Made by a program: the position numbers and the translations under genes. Source: Marsupella aquatica (lineage: Eukaryota > Plantae > Marchantiophyta). From it: DNA of 64,000 bases. Location of the stretch: the NCBI GenBank assembly GCA_973895155.1, contig OZ316895.1, positions 11,368,858 through 11,432,857 of the forward strand, written 5' to 3'. Positions 48,163 through 61,807 of this stretch are shown here, piece by piece (the first letter of the stretch is position 1; each line of letters starts with the position of its first letter). Under the pieces are notes generated by a model, which was not told the DNA's origin, did no database searches, and saw only the letters and a program-made list of their open reading frames with translations.

Positions 48163-49360
48163 CTAGCTCAATACCTGTGCGTTGCACAAAAGAAGTCGTG
48201 TCGGCTAAGATGTTGTTGAGAAAAAAAAGATGTCGTGTCGGCCAAGAGGTCGTTGAGAGAAAAGATGTCTTGTCGGCCAGGAGGTCGGGAGAGAAAAGAT
48301 GTCATGCCGGCCAAGAGGTCGTTGAGAGAAAAGAAATCGTTGAGAAAAAAAGATGTCATGTTGGCCAAGAGGTCGTTGAAAAAAAAGTTGTCATGTCGGC
48401 CAAGATGTCGTTGAAAAAAAGATATTGTCTCGGCAAAGACATCATTGAGGGAAAATATGTTGTGTCGGCCAAGACATTGTTGAGGGAAAATACCTGTGCA
48501 TTGCACAAAAAATGTCGTTAAGAAAAAGATGTTGTGTCGCCCAAAATGTCATTAAAATAAAGATATCGTGGCGCCCAAGATATTGTTAAGAAAGCAGATG
48601 TTGTGGCGTCCAAGATGTTGCTAAGAGGAAAGTGTTGTGGCGCCCAAAATACTCTTAAGAGAATTATATGTTGTGTTTCCCAAGAATGATGTTCTTATGT
48701 GAAAGATGTCATGAAATAAAAATATGTTGTTAAGAAAAAGAAGTCATTTTGCCAAAGATGGCATGTTGCCCAAAAGGTCATCAAGTTAAAAAATTGTGTC
48801 AAGTAAGTAGATGTAATGCCGGTAATGATGTCGTTAAGTATTAAGATGTTGTTAAGTACAAAATGGTCAATAGATAAAGTATGTCATTACTCAAAGATGT
48901 TGTGAAGTAAAAGATGTTGTTAAGTATATCTCGGGCCTGATACCTGTGCATTGCACAAATGATGCATGTTGAGGTGAGAAAATATATCAAGGTGAGAAAA
49001 GATGTCGATAAGAGAAAAACATTTTGAGAAGAGAAAAACATTTCGAGCTGAGAAAAATATGTCAAGGAGAGAAAAGATGGTAAGGTGAGAAAAAGATGTC
49101 ACATTAGAGAAGAACATTCTGAGGTGAGAAAAATATGTCAAGGAGAGAAAAGATGGCGAGATGAGAAAAAGATGACAGGATGAAAAAATATGTTGAGGGT
49201 GAAGAAAGATGGCCAGGTGAGAAAAATATGGCAAAATGAGACAAATATAATATATGTGTCGAGGTGAGAAAAGATCTCAAGGTGAGTAAAATATGTCAAG
49301 ATGAACAAAGATCTTGAGGTGAGAAGTTCTTAATATGAAGAAAAGATGTCAAGATGAGAA
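48163..49360 (-). mobile_element. Non-autonomous Helitron-like element (3' end) containing minisatellite arrays; 5' end not located
   Basis: Minus strand ends TGTGCAACGCACA hairpin-N9-CTAG|T at 48163; hairpin motif repeated at about 48490 and 48940; ~32-bp array at 48190-48660 and ~19-bp array at 48965-49360. Confidence 0.65.
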
Positions 49361-51554
49361 AATATTTTATCTCTATTTTATTTATATTTGAAATTATTTC
49401 AAAAAAATTAGAATTATTTATATATGAATAAATTTAATTTAATTTTGATTAAATTTTTTCATTGTGGCAGGTATGGGAAAGTTAAAGGGTAGCTTGGGCA
49501 GGAACTTATTTTTAGAAGGGGTGTATGGATAGATGTTACAGTGTGGAGAAAATTATGTTTTGATGAACATTCAAGATTGATTGTCACTTTTTCTAGTTTG
49601 TAAAGGGACAGGATCAGGATTATAGTGGTAAAGGGAGGGTCTCCTTGATACTCTTGCATTGCTAGAGACCCTACTTATTTTCTTTGTACTACTCAATTCA
49701 TTTTTTGCTTGGAAACATTCCTCTCCATTTTCATTCACAAAGGAAATTATTCTTTCATGTTTTTCATTTTTGGGATATTGCAAATTTGAATGACTACTAT
49801 TAAAAAAAAATTATATTATAGTTTTCACATTGTCCTTGTCATCTAACTTATTGTGTTTAATTAACCTATTTTAATTAAATTACTATCATTATTATATTTT
49901 GCAATATTGTAATACTTGCAATAATACATAATATCATATATATTATGTATTTTTGTATTTCATGTATATGTGTTAAGAACCTTCTTGATACTCATGTATG
50001 TACATTCCCTTTCTTGTTTTGTGTGCCCCATTGGCTCCCTCCTTTTGTGTCTTCCATTTGATTCCTTTCTTGTTTGGAATACATTCATTACTTTTTTGGT
50101 GCACACTAAATTTAATATAATTTTTATTCGTTCTCTTTCTCTTTGACATGATTAATATTTTTTGGACACTGCAAATTTGAATGATGACCACTTCATAAAA
50201 AGATGCAACCTTGTATTATAATTTAGGATTTTGAATTTAAAAAAAAATCAAAAGGTTCGTAAAATAGTTAGTGTTGAAAAATGTCTCATTTCTTCCTTTG
50301 TATTTTGGTTTTTTTTATGCTTACTGCTTACTACATGGCAACTTTGAATTTATACAAAAAATATCACAAACACTATGTAAGGGTTATTTCACTTCACAGC
50401 ATCATCATGTTGTGAATAAACCCAAATATTACTAACGGGGGCTTTACAAGATAGTGAGGGCTTCTCTAAATCCAAAGCAAAACTGATGACCATTTTCTTA
50501 TTAAAAGATTAAAATATATGAGCCAAAATGTGTCAGGTTTATAAATAATCAATACAATTCACTGAAAAAAAATTCCCTGAAAAAAATCACGCTGACATAG
50601 TGTCCCTACCCAACCTGCTGGACGAAGTTCGACCGTAAACGCATCTCACTTTCTTTGCTTTACTGTCGTTTGTACTACCAACTTCCTGTACTCCTGTGCA
50701 GTGTGTTACTACATGACTGTCATGACAGGCACTTCGACCAGAGTAAAAGGCAGATACGGTGCTCAGTACTCACCCTAACGCCGCTCGATTCCCGATCGGC
50801 GGATCGGGAGTTGCGATGACACTTTACTGTATCCGGTACCTGGACTGTCCCTGTACCGCCGAGGAAACGAGAAAGTGCGTTGCACTTCCTGCGGTCAGAC
50901 GGTGTCCCCAAACCTCTGGGAGTCTGCCAGTCTGGGACTGTGATTGTGTACCTACCGAGCAGAACCTACGCCAAGACGTAGGGATACTTTCTACCGTGGT
51001 GCCATGTAGTAGCCGGAATCGGCACTTTTTGACTGACCGCCGTTAAATGGTTCTGGCAAGCGGAAAGAGAAAAGCAATCAATTGCGGCGTCCCGGCTCCC
51101 GATTCCGACCATATCATGTCGACTACATTCAAATCAATCTTTTCAATTTTCTTTTGTTTCAATTTTTCGTTTTATTACCTACAGTACGCTTTCCCGGGCA
51201 TAGGGTTTAGGGTTTGTGCATAGGGTCGGTGGGGTTTTCTCTTGTTCGCAGAGAAGATACTAGTATTTCTCTAATTCCTGGAATGGCCCCATTAGCCATT
51301 CCTTGAAGGACAACAAAAATAGCCCTTGCCAAAAAAGATTCCATATCATGTCCTGTTCATCTTTGCCCCACCCTTGCTTTTTCGTCTACACGCTCCATTT
51401 AAGTTGTGCTCTCGACTAGAGTCTTCACTCTAAACAATAAACGCGGGGAGTATCTTTTCATTTCGTTTATTCATTAGAATACATTTTGATAGTCAGGCCT
51501 CCATATTCAAGGAGTTAGATTTTAGCTAATTGGTTGGCTACTGTAGATGGGGAC

Positions 51555-51705
51555 ATGGTTGAAGGAAGAAAGGAAACCTAACTTAATGTTTTCAAAAGTC
51601 TGGGATAATGGTTGAAGGAAGAAAGGAAATCTAACTTAACGTTTTCAAAAGTCTGGGACAGTGGTTGAAGGAAGACAGGAAACCTAACTTAATTTATTCA
51701 AAAGT
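51555..51705. repeat. ~52-bp tandem repeat x3
   Basis: TGGTTGAAGGAAGAAAGGAAACCTAACTTAA...TTCAAAAGT three times. Confidence 0.85.
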
Positions 51706-53079
51706 GGTGAAGACATTTGGAGAGTGGAATCTAGTCAACAATTGCCACTAATTTCCACCAGCCAGTTTTTGCCACTAATTTTTGCAGAGTACTGTACCTT
51801 TCCTGGCAAGGAATAAAGTCAAAAGTATTTTTCTGGCTATTACACGTCTTTGCAACTGTTCAAGTTTTCCTTTCCCTTTTCTCATATATGATAGGCCCCA
51901 TATATCACCCTTAAAGGCTATCATTCATCATTGCAATTGTGAGTTTTCCTTCCCTTTTTCGATATATGATAGGCCACATATGTCACCTCTAAAGGACAAC
52001 TTTAACATTGAGTGATAACAAGTCAAACCCGATCTGTCAGCTTTTTATTGCTTTTCAGCGGGTGCCCAAACAGACATTCTTAGGTCTTAGGTCTGTGAGC
52101 TCCTGGCTATGGAGTTCAGACTGTAGCACAGTATTTGCGCCACTTCAACTACCCTCCCGCACTCAGTTTTTCTCGGAATCCAGTTTTCTCAGTTGCATTA
52201 GTTTGCTCTTGCCTAGGCGCATCAAATCGATATAAAACACGTCCAAAACGGTGTCGTATCGACATACTTATGGTCACATTCATTTTCGCCGTTTTTCAGT
52301 CATTTTTCTGCGATTTTTGTCTTCCTTTCGACGGTCATATCTTGGTCAATCTTTCACGGATTTCAGATTTCTCAAGTGCTTTGTATAGCTCTTCTCTGGG
52401 AGAATCAGATTGATCCCAAGAGCGGTCCAATTGGTCTCCTATTGCCCCGATTGGACTTTGATTAGCTCTCACGTTTTTTCTTCAATTTCCACCGTTCTCA
52501 CTTCCAATTAGCTTTGGGGTCCTGTAGCAGTTCTTCGTTCACGGAATCCGACATTCTCATGTGATTTGGCCAGCTCTTGTCCGGGAGTGCAACATCTATC
52601 CCTACCGCGGTCCTTTTGGTGACATATCAACCACTTTCGGCTCCGATTACGATTCTGATTTACTCCTCCATTTTTGGTGACGGTTTCCCTTGATCAGCTT
52701 TGGAGCATTCCTGTATTGCCACGTTTCTCCTCCGATTGGTAGTTGCCTTTCTTCTTCAGTTCTGACAAGGTGGCTTTTGCCAAGTTTAGTGGACCAGCTT
52801 GCATTCCACCATCTTCGGAAGCTGTAGCAGCACGCTCAAATCAGCGGAGAGATATTCACTCGCACCGACTCCTCAACGGACACATCGACGAGTGCTCCAG
52901 CTTTGTTCCCGGCTGTGCCTGCACGTGCTCCACGGTTTTCTAGGCTAGCGGTGGCGCCGTTTCTCGGATTTTGACGCGGTGGGCTCTCTCCATAGCCTTC
53001 CCTTTCTTTTCACATGTCTTGGTTGGGCCTTTTGTTGCTTCTTGATGCGCTTTTGCTTTTATCGGGTTGCGACCTGTCA

Positions 53080-56000
53080 TGTCTACGTTGAGAGTGTTGG
53101 CGCGGGGCAAGCGCCCAGCCCCCCCACATAGTTCTCCCCCCTCCTCCCCCCCGCCTCGTGGTCGCCTTCGTGTTTGCTCTTCTTCATTGGATCTCTCTCA
53201 TCTTCGTGATGACCCCATGCCCGATGCTCTGCCAGTCCCCCCAGTCTACTGCCCACCCCATCGACGCCCTGGCTCCTCTCCCCACTCCATTCCCCCTCCA
53301 CCCCTCTAGCATCCCCCTCCGGCCTCTTCATCCACGTCGGTTCCCCCCCCCCCACCTCCTGTCCAGTCGTTCCCTGCTCCCTCCCCAGACGAGCGTCCCC
53401 TGCATACTTGTCCTGAGTGTGGCTGGGTTGGCCTCTCCCTTCCGCGGGCGGGGCCGGTGCCAACAGCGCCAGCAAGCACAATCCCAGCCCCAGCCCCCTC
53501 TTGACCCAGTTAGCTCTGCCCCTCCTTCCTTGGAGGCTTCCGAGCAGGCATGGAGTTGGGTTCGCTCTCTAGACCCCCTTCCAGCCTACCATCCAGGGTA
53601 CATTAGACCTCGCCTTTATAACCACATCCCACTAGCGTTGCGCCCATTAGTTTGGTCTTCCTTGTTGCAACTCATGTAGCTTATCTTGGCGCATCCTATC
53701 AAGGTCTCCTATTGGTCTTTACTCATGCTTTTTCCACAGTGGACTCTTACCCTCCCTAGTCACGATGGTCGCGTGGGTCATCGTGAGACAGCCTCTCGTA
53801 TCCATCGTTTTCTGCGGGGAGATTGGGAATAGCTTCAGGAAGAGTACTTTCTTCGAGCCCGTTCCTTTACTACCCGTGCTTTGTCTGACCCAGCTCGCCA
53901 CTCTCATCCTCCAGAGCATAGACGCCTTCGTCGCTCTTGTTGTTTAGCCCAGGCTGGTGAATATCGTCGTGCGGTCCAGGCCCTTTCTCCCACCACACCA
54001 GCCCCCCTGGCGAGGTCACCTTGACGGCCCTTCAGGATCTCCATCCACAGCCCTATGATCAGCTCCCTTTGTTCGTGGAGGATTTTGAGCCTGAGGAGGA
54101 TCTTCAGTTTAGTAGGGACCACTTCACCTATGCTTTCCTCCATGCTCCGCGTTGCGCGGCTGGTGGCCCCTCTGGCTATGTCTTTGAGCATTTTCGTGAT
54201 TTATTCCCCCATGAGGATCCTCAGTCTGGTTTTCCAATTTTCTTCTCCTTTTACCAGTGTATTGTTGTCGGCCGTTTGCCTCCTCCCGTCTCTCGGCTTT
54301 TGAGTGCTTCTCGTTTATTGGCCATGGCTAAGTCTTCACCGGGTGTTCGGCCCATAGCTATTGGAGAGGTTTTTCTTCGTCTGGTGTCTCACACACTTTC
54401 ATCGCAGTATCGCTCTGCACTATCGGATCATCTCTCTCCACATCAGTTTGCAGTGGGCGTTCCTGGCGGTTGTGAGACAGTTATTGCGGGTATTCGTACT
54501 ACCTTGGACCTCCACCCTGATTGGGTTGTCCTCCAGGTTGATGTCTCCAATGCTTTCAATACGGTTTCTCGGGCAGCAATTTTTTGTGCTTTGAGGGCAG
54601 CGGATCCAGACATCCAACCCCTTATCCCCTTTGTCCGTTGTTTTTATGGGTTCGAGGCCCCCCTCTTCCAAAGTCATCACACCTCTACAGGAGTGTATAC
54701 CACTCTTTCTTCTGCAGAAGGTACACGTCAGGGTGACCCTTTGGGTGGGCCTCTTTTTGCCATTGCCCATTTTACTGCTTTACGGGAAGCTTCCGCGGCC
54801 CACCCCCAGTGTATCTTCCCCTCCCTTTCAGATGACACCCACATCATTGGTCCACCTGTTGCTGTTACTTCTGCCCTCGCCACCCTTTCCACCCATTTGT
54901 TGGGCCTCGGTTTACGAGTTCAGCCGGTGAAGAGTCGTGCATGGAGTCCAGCTGGGTTACCCTCTGATCTTGCGCTTCCCCCTGGGTTCTTACGTCCAAC
55001 CGACGGTCTTCGGGTCCTTGGCTCCCCAGTCGGTACGGCCTCCTTTTGCTCATCTTTCATTGCTGACGCTCTCCAGGCTGCCTTAGCCCCTACTCCTATG
55101 CTCCCTAAGTTAGCAGACTCTCAGGCAGCATTTGGGTTGTTGTTGAGATGCATCCACCCTCGTGCGTCCTATTTGGCTTGGACACATCCCCCTACCGAGG
55201 ATCTTTATCTACACCTCCGAGCGTTTGATGTCTCCATTCGTGAGACTTTGGCCTCTCTTTTAGGGCCAGGTACTTTGCTCTCATCTCCGTGGCTTCATTG
55301 ACAGCTCAGTCTTCCTATTTCTCATGGTGGTTTTGGGCTTACTTCTATTGAGCGCCTTGCACCTTTGGCCTTCTTGGGCGCGTGGGTGGCCGCCTTCTCA
55401 TTGTTGGCAGATCGTTTCCTTACTGAGGATCGACCTTTTTTACTTTCGTCTCTGCTGGAGGTCGAGGAGGGTTCCCTCCCATTTCAGGTTCATTTGCGCA
55501 CGGCGCGGTCATCATTACCCGATCCTGTTCGAGCTGCATTACCTTCATTCCAGGAGTTTTTATCCTTGGACCCCGTCCGTCTTCAGGCAGACCTTGTTGG
55601 GCGTATGCACGCTTTCACCCTTTCCAGCATCCTCACCGAGGCACCTGACACGGACCGAGCTCGGATTCTTTCTTTCGAAGGGAAGGGCGCAGGAGGCTGG
55701 CTTCAGGCCAATCCAGTCATTCCTCACCTGCGGATGTCTTCAGCGGAGTTTGCGACAGCCATGCGTCTTTGTATGGGCTTGCCCCACCCACTTCTTGTTG
55801 GTTTACCTCCTACTTGCACTTGTGGGAAGCCTTGTGATGCCACAGGTGTCCATCTTCTTCGATGCAATTTGGGCGGCGAAACCATTTTTGTTCACGACGC
55901 TGTGAGAGATGCGACTGCTCAGGTTGTCTCTGGCTCTTTGGTCTGCACGCGGCGGGAGGTGGTGCTTGAGTTACCTGGTCCTCCATCACAGCGGTTACGG

Positions 56001-56693
56001 GTGGATCTTACCATGGTCCACGAAGGTCACCGTACTTTGGCAGATGTAGTGGTGGCAAACCCATTGCGCCAAGACATCATTGGGACAGCAGCAACAACGG
56101 CAGGGGCAGCAGCATCACGAGCAGCAACAATGAAGGAGGCCAAATATGTTGCACGAGCTTCATCTAATAGCTTCCTGCCCCTTGCTCTTGAGATATTTGG
56201 GCGTCTCCATCATCAGTTCGACGGGCTTCTTCGCCAAGCTGCTCAGGATGTTCACGGCCAGATGGGTCCCACCGGGCCCCTGCTATCTGTTTTGACCACG
56301 CACTTTTGCCAACGCATTTCAGTCACCTTATAGCGTGCTCAAGCTCGGGCCGTCTATCGTCGATCTCTGACAGTGGGTGCTAGTGTGCCTCCGCAGTGGC
56401 TAGCCCCCCTAGAGGACATTCCTGTCCCACTTGCCGATCTAGTTTCGACACTTGATGTAGACCACTAGCTTGTTACCACATTTGCTAGGTATGATGAGGA
56501 CCTCGGTCCATTTGCGGTAGTTTTAGTTCCTCTTTCTTGGTTTTTAGGGGTTTCCTTTTGCTCACTTCTTTTAGTTCCTCTTTCTTGGTTTTTAGGGTTT
56601 CCTTTTGCTCACTTCTTTTGTGTTTGGTTTTGTCCACTTGGGACCTCTCTTGTTTATTCTTTTGTACTCTATTTGGCCTTTTTCTGTAAAAAA
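53080..56693 (+). mobile_element. CRE-clade-like non-LTR retrotransposon with restriction-like endonuclease (degenerate; 5' boundary uncertain)
   Basis: RT: GVRPIAIGE, QFAVG, VDVSNAFN, GTRQGDPLG, LSDD; C-terminal CTC...HLLRC, HDAVRD, RVDL...ADV, KEAKY, FLPLALEIFG; T-rich 3' UTR ending TGTAAAAAA; stops at about 53677, 55299 and 56331. Confidence 0.88.
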
Positions 56694-57226
56694 GTATGTG
56701 TATACTCCTTTTCTGGAAGACTTTTTTTGTTTCTCTTCACTTAAAGATAGGCTCAATGTCACTGCCAAAAGGACAAGTTAGGTGTGAGTGAACAACAAGT
56801 TTTGCAATTCAAAAGTGCAATATTATCTTAGGCTTGGCCACAACGTTTCTTGACAGAAGTGTCTAGGGAATGGAAATCGCATTGCAGGAAGCCACGCAAT
56901 GTCGCATGTGGTTAACACTACGGGAGCAAATGGTTGCATGCCTTTGCTTTGCTTGAAATTTAAATTTATTTTAGGGGGAGGGGGGTCATTTCGATCATGA
57001 TTGCTCCCTTAATTGCACCATGTGCTTTCATGTCATGCCTTTGGCATGCCCTCAGGGCTTTATTTACTTATTATTGAAATTTGAAAACGAGGGTGAGGAG
57101 GAAAGACTTTTCCCTAATAGCACTGGGTTTGGTCGTCGGTTTGGTTTCCTTAGGTTACTTAAAAACAAAAATATATTGTAGGACTTGTTCATGCCTTGAC
57201 AATGACCCCTGCCTTTATGACTACAT

Positions 57227-57583
57227 CCCGGGTTGGACTTGTCGGACAAATAGGAGGATTTGGGATGACAAATGACATATGTCGTCCCGGTCGATCCCGG
57301 CCGGGTGATAGGGTCGGGCCGGGAGGATGTGAAGCCGGGCCGGGAGAAGGGTCAGGGGTTGGCCGGGAGGGGGGGGCGGTCGGGCCGGGAGGGTTAGGAG
57401 GAGTCTATGACCCGGCCAGGAGGGGTCGGGAGAGTTCGGGACCGGGCCGGGGATGGGTCAGGAATTTTTGGTCCCGGTCGGGGAATCTAAGGGAATATTG
57501 GACAAATATGCCATTTTTGGACAGACAAGTTGTCATTTGTCATGTCGGACAAGGACACATCTTGTCCGACAGTGAAAACCGGG
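57227..57583. mobile_element. MITE with CCC...GGG termini and 8-bp TSD
   Basis: GACTACAT at 57219-57226 and 57584-57591; imperfect TIRs CCCGG.TT...TGTCGGACAA...ATGACAAATGACA; GC-rich CCGGG-repeat core. Confidence 0.75.
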
Positions 57584-57982
57584 GACTACATTGCTTTTTC
57601 TTGACCTGCCTATATTACTTTTACTTTTAGGAGTCATTTTAGCCTTGATGGTGGCCAGGTTGGGCGCCGACATGCAGTAGTCTAATATCACCTTGGACTA
57701 TATTTGTGAACTGTCAGACCAGGCAATGATTTCTTATTTATATTGAAGCCCTGGCCAAATTGGTTGAAGGTTGAGCTTTGCTTCAACTGATCGGAATAGT
57801 TAGCAATTAGAAGGCAAATTGTTTTTCTCCCATTTCTAGTGTCAAATTTTGATCATCTGTGTTTTTCAAATTTGTGCATGTTTTTTCAGAAAAAAGTTGC
57901 ATGTGTAGTCTGTTTAGCCCAATTCACTTGCTAGGTTGACTATACTAGCTAAAGAGTCAACTAGAAGGTCTGGGTCTCATTA

Positions 57983-58147
57983 CTTTTTCTTGGTTTTTAG
58001 TGGTTTCTTTTTGTTCATTTCTTTTAGTTTCTCTTTCTTGGTTTTTAAGGGTTTCCTTTTGCTCACTTCTTTTGAGTTTGCTTTTGTCCACTTGGGACCT
58101 CTTTTGTTTATTCTTTTGTATTCTGTTTGACACTTTTCTGTAAAAAA
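57983..58147 (+). mobile_element. 3'-UTR-only copy of the CRE-like element
   Basis: Aligns with about 56530-56693, including the tandem T-rich unit and the TTTTCTGTAAAAAA end. Confidence 0.75.
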
Positions 58148-61100
58148 TTTGTATATTTCTCTGCATATTCCAGCTTTGATATGGTTGGGACTCTATGCTA
58201 AGCTACTATGCGGAATACAATGTAAGGGGCTTAAAGTTTTTAGGGGGCATAACCACACATTGAGGGGCATCAAGCTCCAATGGAGACAATGCAGCGTGAA
58301 GGAGGATGTCCTACCAGGTGACTGGGAAGAACAGATGAAAGAGTAATAGTTTCTTTGTGAGGATGAGAACCACGAAGGTCAGACCATGGAACCTGCCTTG
58401 TTGTGTTGTTGAACGAACAATTTGGGATAAATATTTGTGGGTAAGGTGAGCTCTGGCTACACTCTTAGAAAGAAGCCAACAACATGTAAGGTAGCGTTAC
58501 ACCCAAAACTTGGAATTTGCATTTATCTATAAGAGTGTATGGTCTAGCCATGCAATGGTGCCCCTGTCAAGATTCTCATGACTTTCTTCCTCAGTTATAG
58601 ATCCCTGCCCTAAACGTGATCCCCGGCAATAAGGGTAAGTTGAGGAAACTGTGCACGTATGATCAATAAGTGTCCATGAGCCTTTACATAGTGGTTGCAC
58701 ATATATACACATGTACATGTTTATTTATTTATCTCACTTACTGCAGCCTCTTTCCACTTACTAATAGCGCAAAATGGTCAAAATGAGGGAAGAACAGGAT
58801 GACTTGCAAGTACCCAGGGTTTGCACTTATGGATTGTGCACTTATCGAGAGCTCACGGTATTCTGTAGCAGTTACCTTTTGTGCTAGAAAAATGTAATGT
58901 AATCATTTTATTCCCGGCTTCTACAGGAGATGAACTAGTGTCCCCTCCCCTCTGTAGGGAGACATGTCACGAGCGGCGGTAATCCAAGCTTTGGTACAAG
59001 ACCTGGAAACTATGAAACGTTTGCCAACACTGGCCAAACTAGTGCGGTAGAATGTAGCCAAATTTGGATGCTAACAAATAAGCTGCTAACAATTCATGGA
59101 AGCCTAAAATTACCCTCATGCTTATTGACAATATGTATTATACACTGCCAAAGAACAAAACATCCCACCCGAAGACAAGGTCCCAAAGACAAGGGACCCA
59201 ATAAAGGGGTGGAAAGGGGGAGTTTATATGTGGGATTCAGTTTCTCAACAGATTTAAACTGTCAACTACCTAAAAAACATTCCGACAAAAAAGTGAGATT
59301 GCATTAAAGTTCATACTCCTCTACATTGCAGCATCATTTATCTACACATCTTACTTGGTCAAACCTTTTTTTTCTTCCCCTCCAGTGTGGATAGCTTAGA
59401 ATCTTTGCAAAATGCAACTTAAAAAGGACCTGATTTGCGTTGTTGTGATCTACCCTCGGATCTTACCAATGTGTCACCCACCACTATGGTAGTGCTAGGG
59501 TAATAACTTGTTCCTGATCCCCATGAAAACCATCCATTGAAAGAAGTGGCTTCAAAACCCCTATCAATATTTTTATTGGATGTTGCTAAAGGGACTAATT
59601 CCCCATTAATATAAATAGATTGGTCTTTTTGCATGTGATCTCACCCATGTCCTTTTTTTAACCCCTGATTTTTGAGATCCTTGGTCCAAATCTAGTGGAC
59701 ATGATAGCTAATCCAAGACTCCTTGGAGTGATCTTAATCCAAGACATGATTAGATGAGGATGGGAAAACGAAAAGGGTGGATGAGGGAGAGAGACAAAGG
59801 AGAGACCAAGGGTGAGTTGACATAAAGAGAGGTGCAACAATAAGGTTTCTTTAGGTGATCCAAGCAATCTAAACCTCTGTTTAGAGATGGCCAGACACAC
59901 TTCACTTTACACAAATAGAGGGGCTTTGTGTTTTCAACTTTCCCAATTCTACAGGAGCTGCCATGTGATATTTTATGCTCATGTGAAGAGTATCTTTGTC
60001 CTTGAATTGATATGACCTTAGTTCTCTGGCTCTCGTCTGGAGTTGGTATTAAAGCAATTCCCTGAATGGCGAGGCTGAATTTTTGGCAAAGTCACCAATC
60101 TTGAGATTTTATGGCATAGATTTTTGAACATTCTAATTCTAATCAGTGATTATTCATGTATGGAAAAGAGAAATGAGTCCTCCTTTGGTTGATAACAAAG
60201 AGGCAAGTTGGCTTCTTGTCACGTGAAGTTTCTCTAAGCTGTTGTTAATCCAAGACATGATTAGATGAATCTTACAATAAAAAAGCCAACTGAGACTACT
60301 CTTAAGGGCCTAGGTCTAGAGTGAAGCCTCTTTACCCTAACTCCCAATATAGACAAAAACTGATAATGAGGTTCAATAAGGTCAAAATTTATAAGTATGG
60401 ACAAAAGTGACATTAACTCTAAAATATACAAAACTCAAATGAGGATGGAGAAAAACTAGGATGGGGCAAAGACTAATCAAAATAGAATATAAAATTTTAG
60501 TGTGCAAGATTTTTCTTCATATCTATTTATGTTCAAGGAATGGGTCATGGGGCTAGTATGAACAAATCAACAATGTTTGGATGAGGGAAAGACTCTGGTA
60601 AGCTCTTGATGTTGGTAGGGGAGAGGTGGACAGTCCTCCCCAAGGATTGGTTAGTTACCTCTACTCTAGTTGTCAGTCCTCCTTACAAAATTGACTGGGC
60701 TATCCCCACAGCAGCTACTCTCCTAGTTTCTTTAGAAAAATGCCTGTCACTTGCATCTGCGCTTGTTTGTTTGAAACTGAAGCCCCCATGGACCTGGACG
60801 TTTGACAAAAACCCTAAATGGACAACAAAATTATTCTTGTGTGTACTCAGATAGCACCTTTTCTTTGTAAAACCAAGGATATTGTTTTGGGCAACATTAC
60901 CAGGTTCACCGGAGTGGTCCATCCAAACGTTAAGTAGGTATAGTTCATCACTACCGGCCATATATAAGAGAAAGTGTTCAATAACTCCCCCACATTCCAG
61001 CTCTGTCATGAAAAAGTTACTGTAAAAAAAATTAAAAACCAACTAGCTTAGGTCAATTTGCTAGGAGATTAGCAAACTCGAAGGTTTGAGGTTCAATCCC

Positions 61101-61807
61101 CACACACAGGGTGTGGAGAGCATATGTGTGTGGGTGGGATATTTTTTGTGGCTAGTGGATGGGGGTTTTGATTAACAAATTGGCCTCTGGTTGTCCATTT
61201 TGTGACCCTGCTTTAATCCTCTCTCCCTCTTGGTGCGGGTCTTGGTGCTCATCCTGAAATGTGTTTTCTACAATGAATGTATGTCACTACTGGGGGTGGG
61301 GAGAGTCTACTAAGTGTTCTTCCTCATTTTGGTTCAAGATAGAAAAACAAAAGCCAAGTGTTAATGTTAACTAAGGATAAGTTTAATGGCGCTACGTTAC
61401 AAGTTCCGTGGTGATTTAAGGGAATGGGGGGCTTGACACCCCCAGTCCCAGTGGGAGCCAGGTTCTATGGCGGTCCTGCCAAACGCTAATGCGCCAGAGT
61501 GGTGCCAATTTGTTATTACATGCAGTAAGCATTCCCGTGTTCTCTATCGGTGGGCCCCAAGAGGAATGTGCTCCCCAACGGTGTCTCCGTCTGTTGGCGG
61601 AGTCCCCAACAATTCGCTCCGCGCAAACAAAGCCCTCACTCCTCTTCGACCTTTTGCGCTCGTGCAGCAGATCAGCAACTCTCTCGAGCAGGCCACAGTA
61701 GCATTTCGTCGTCTGAGGAGAATTGATCGAGCCAGCCAGCAGAAATCGATTGTGGGAGTACCAGCGTGATATTGTTTTGCTTCGTGGGGTGGGTTGGGGC
61801 TTCGGTG

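Noticed and set aside
48190-48660. CRISPR-like periodic array
   Set aside because: Degenerate head-to-tail minisatellite without unique spacers, in a eukaryotic context
50437-50495. Single Tourist-like TIR remnant
   Set aside because: No partner TIR or TSD found
59400-61050. Possible decayed TE coding sequence
   Set aside because: No diagnostic motifs in any frame
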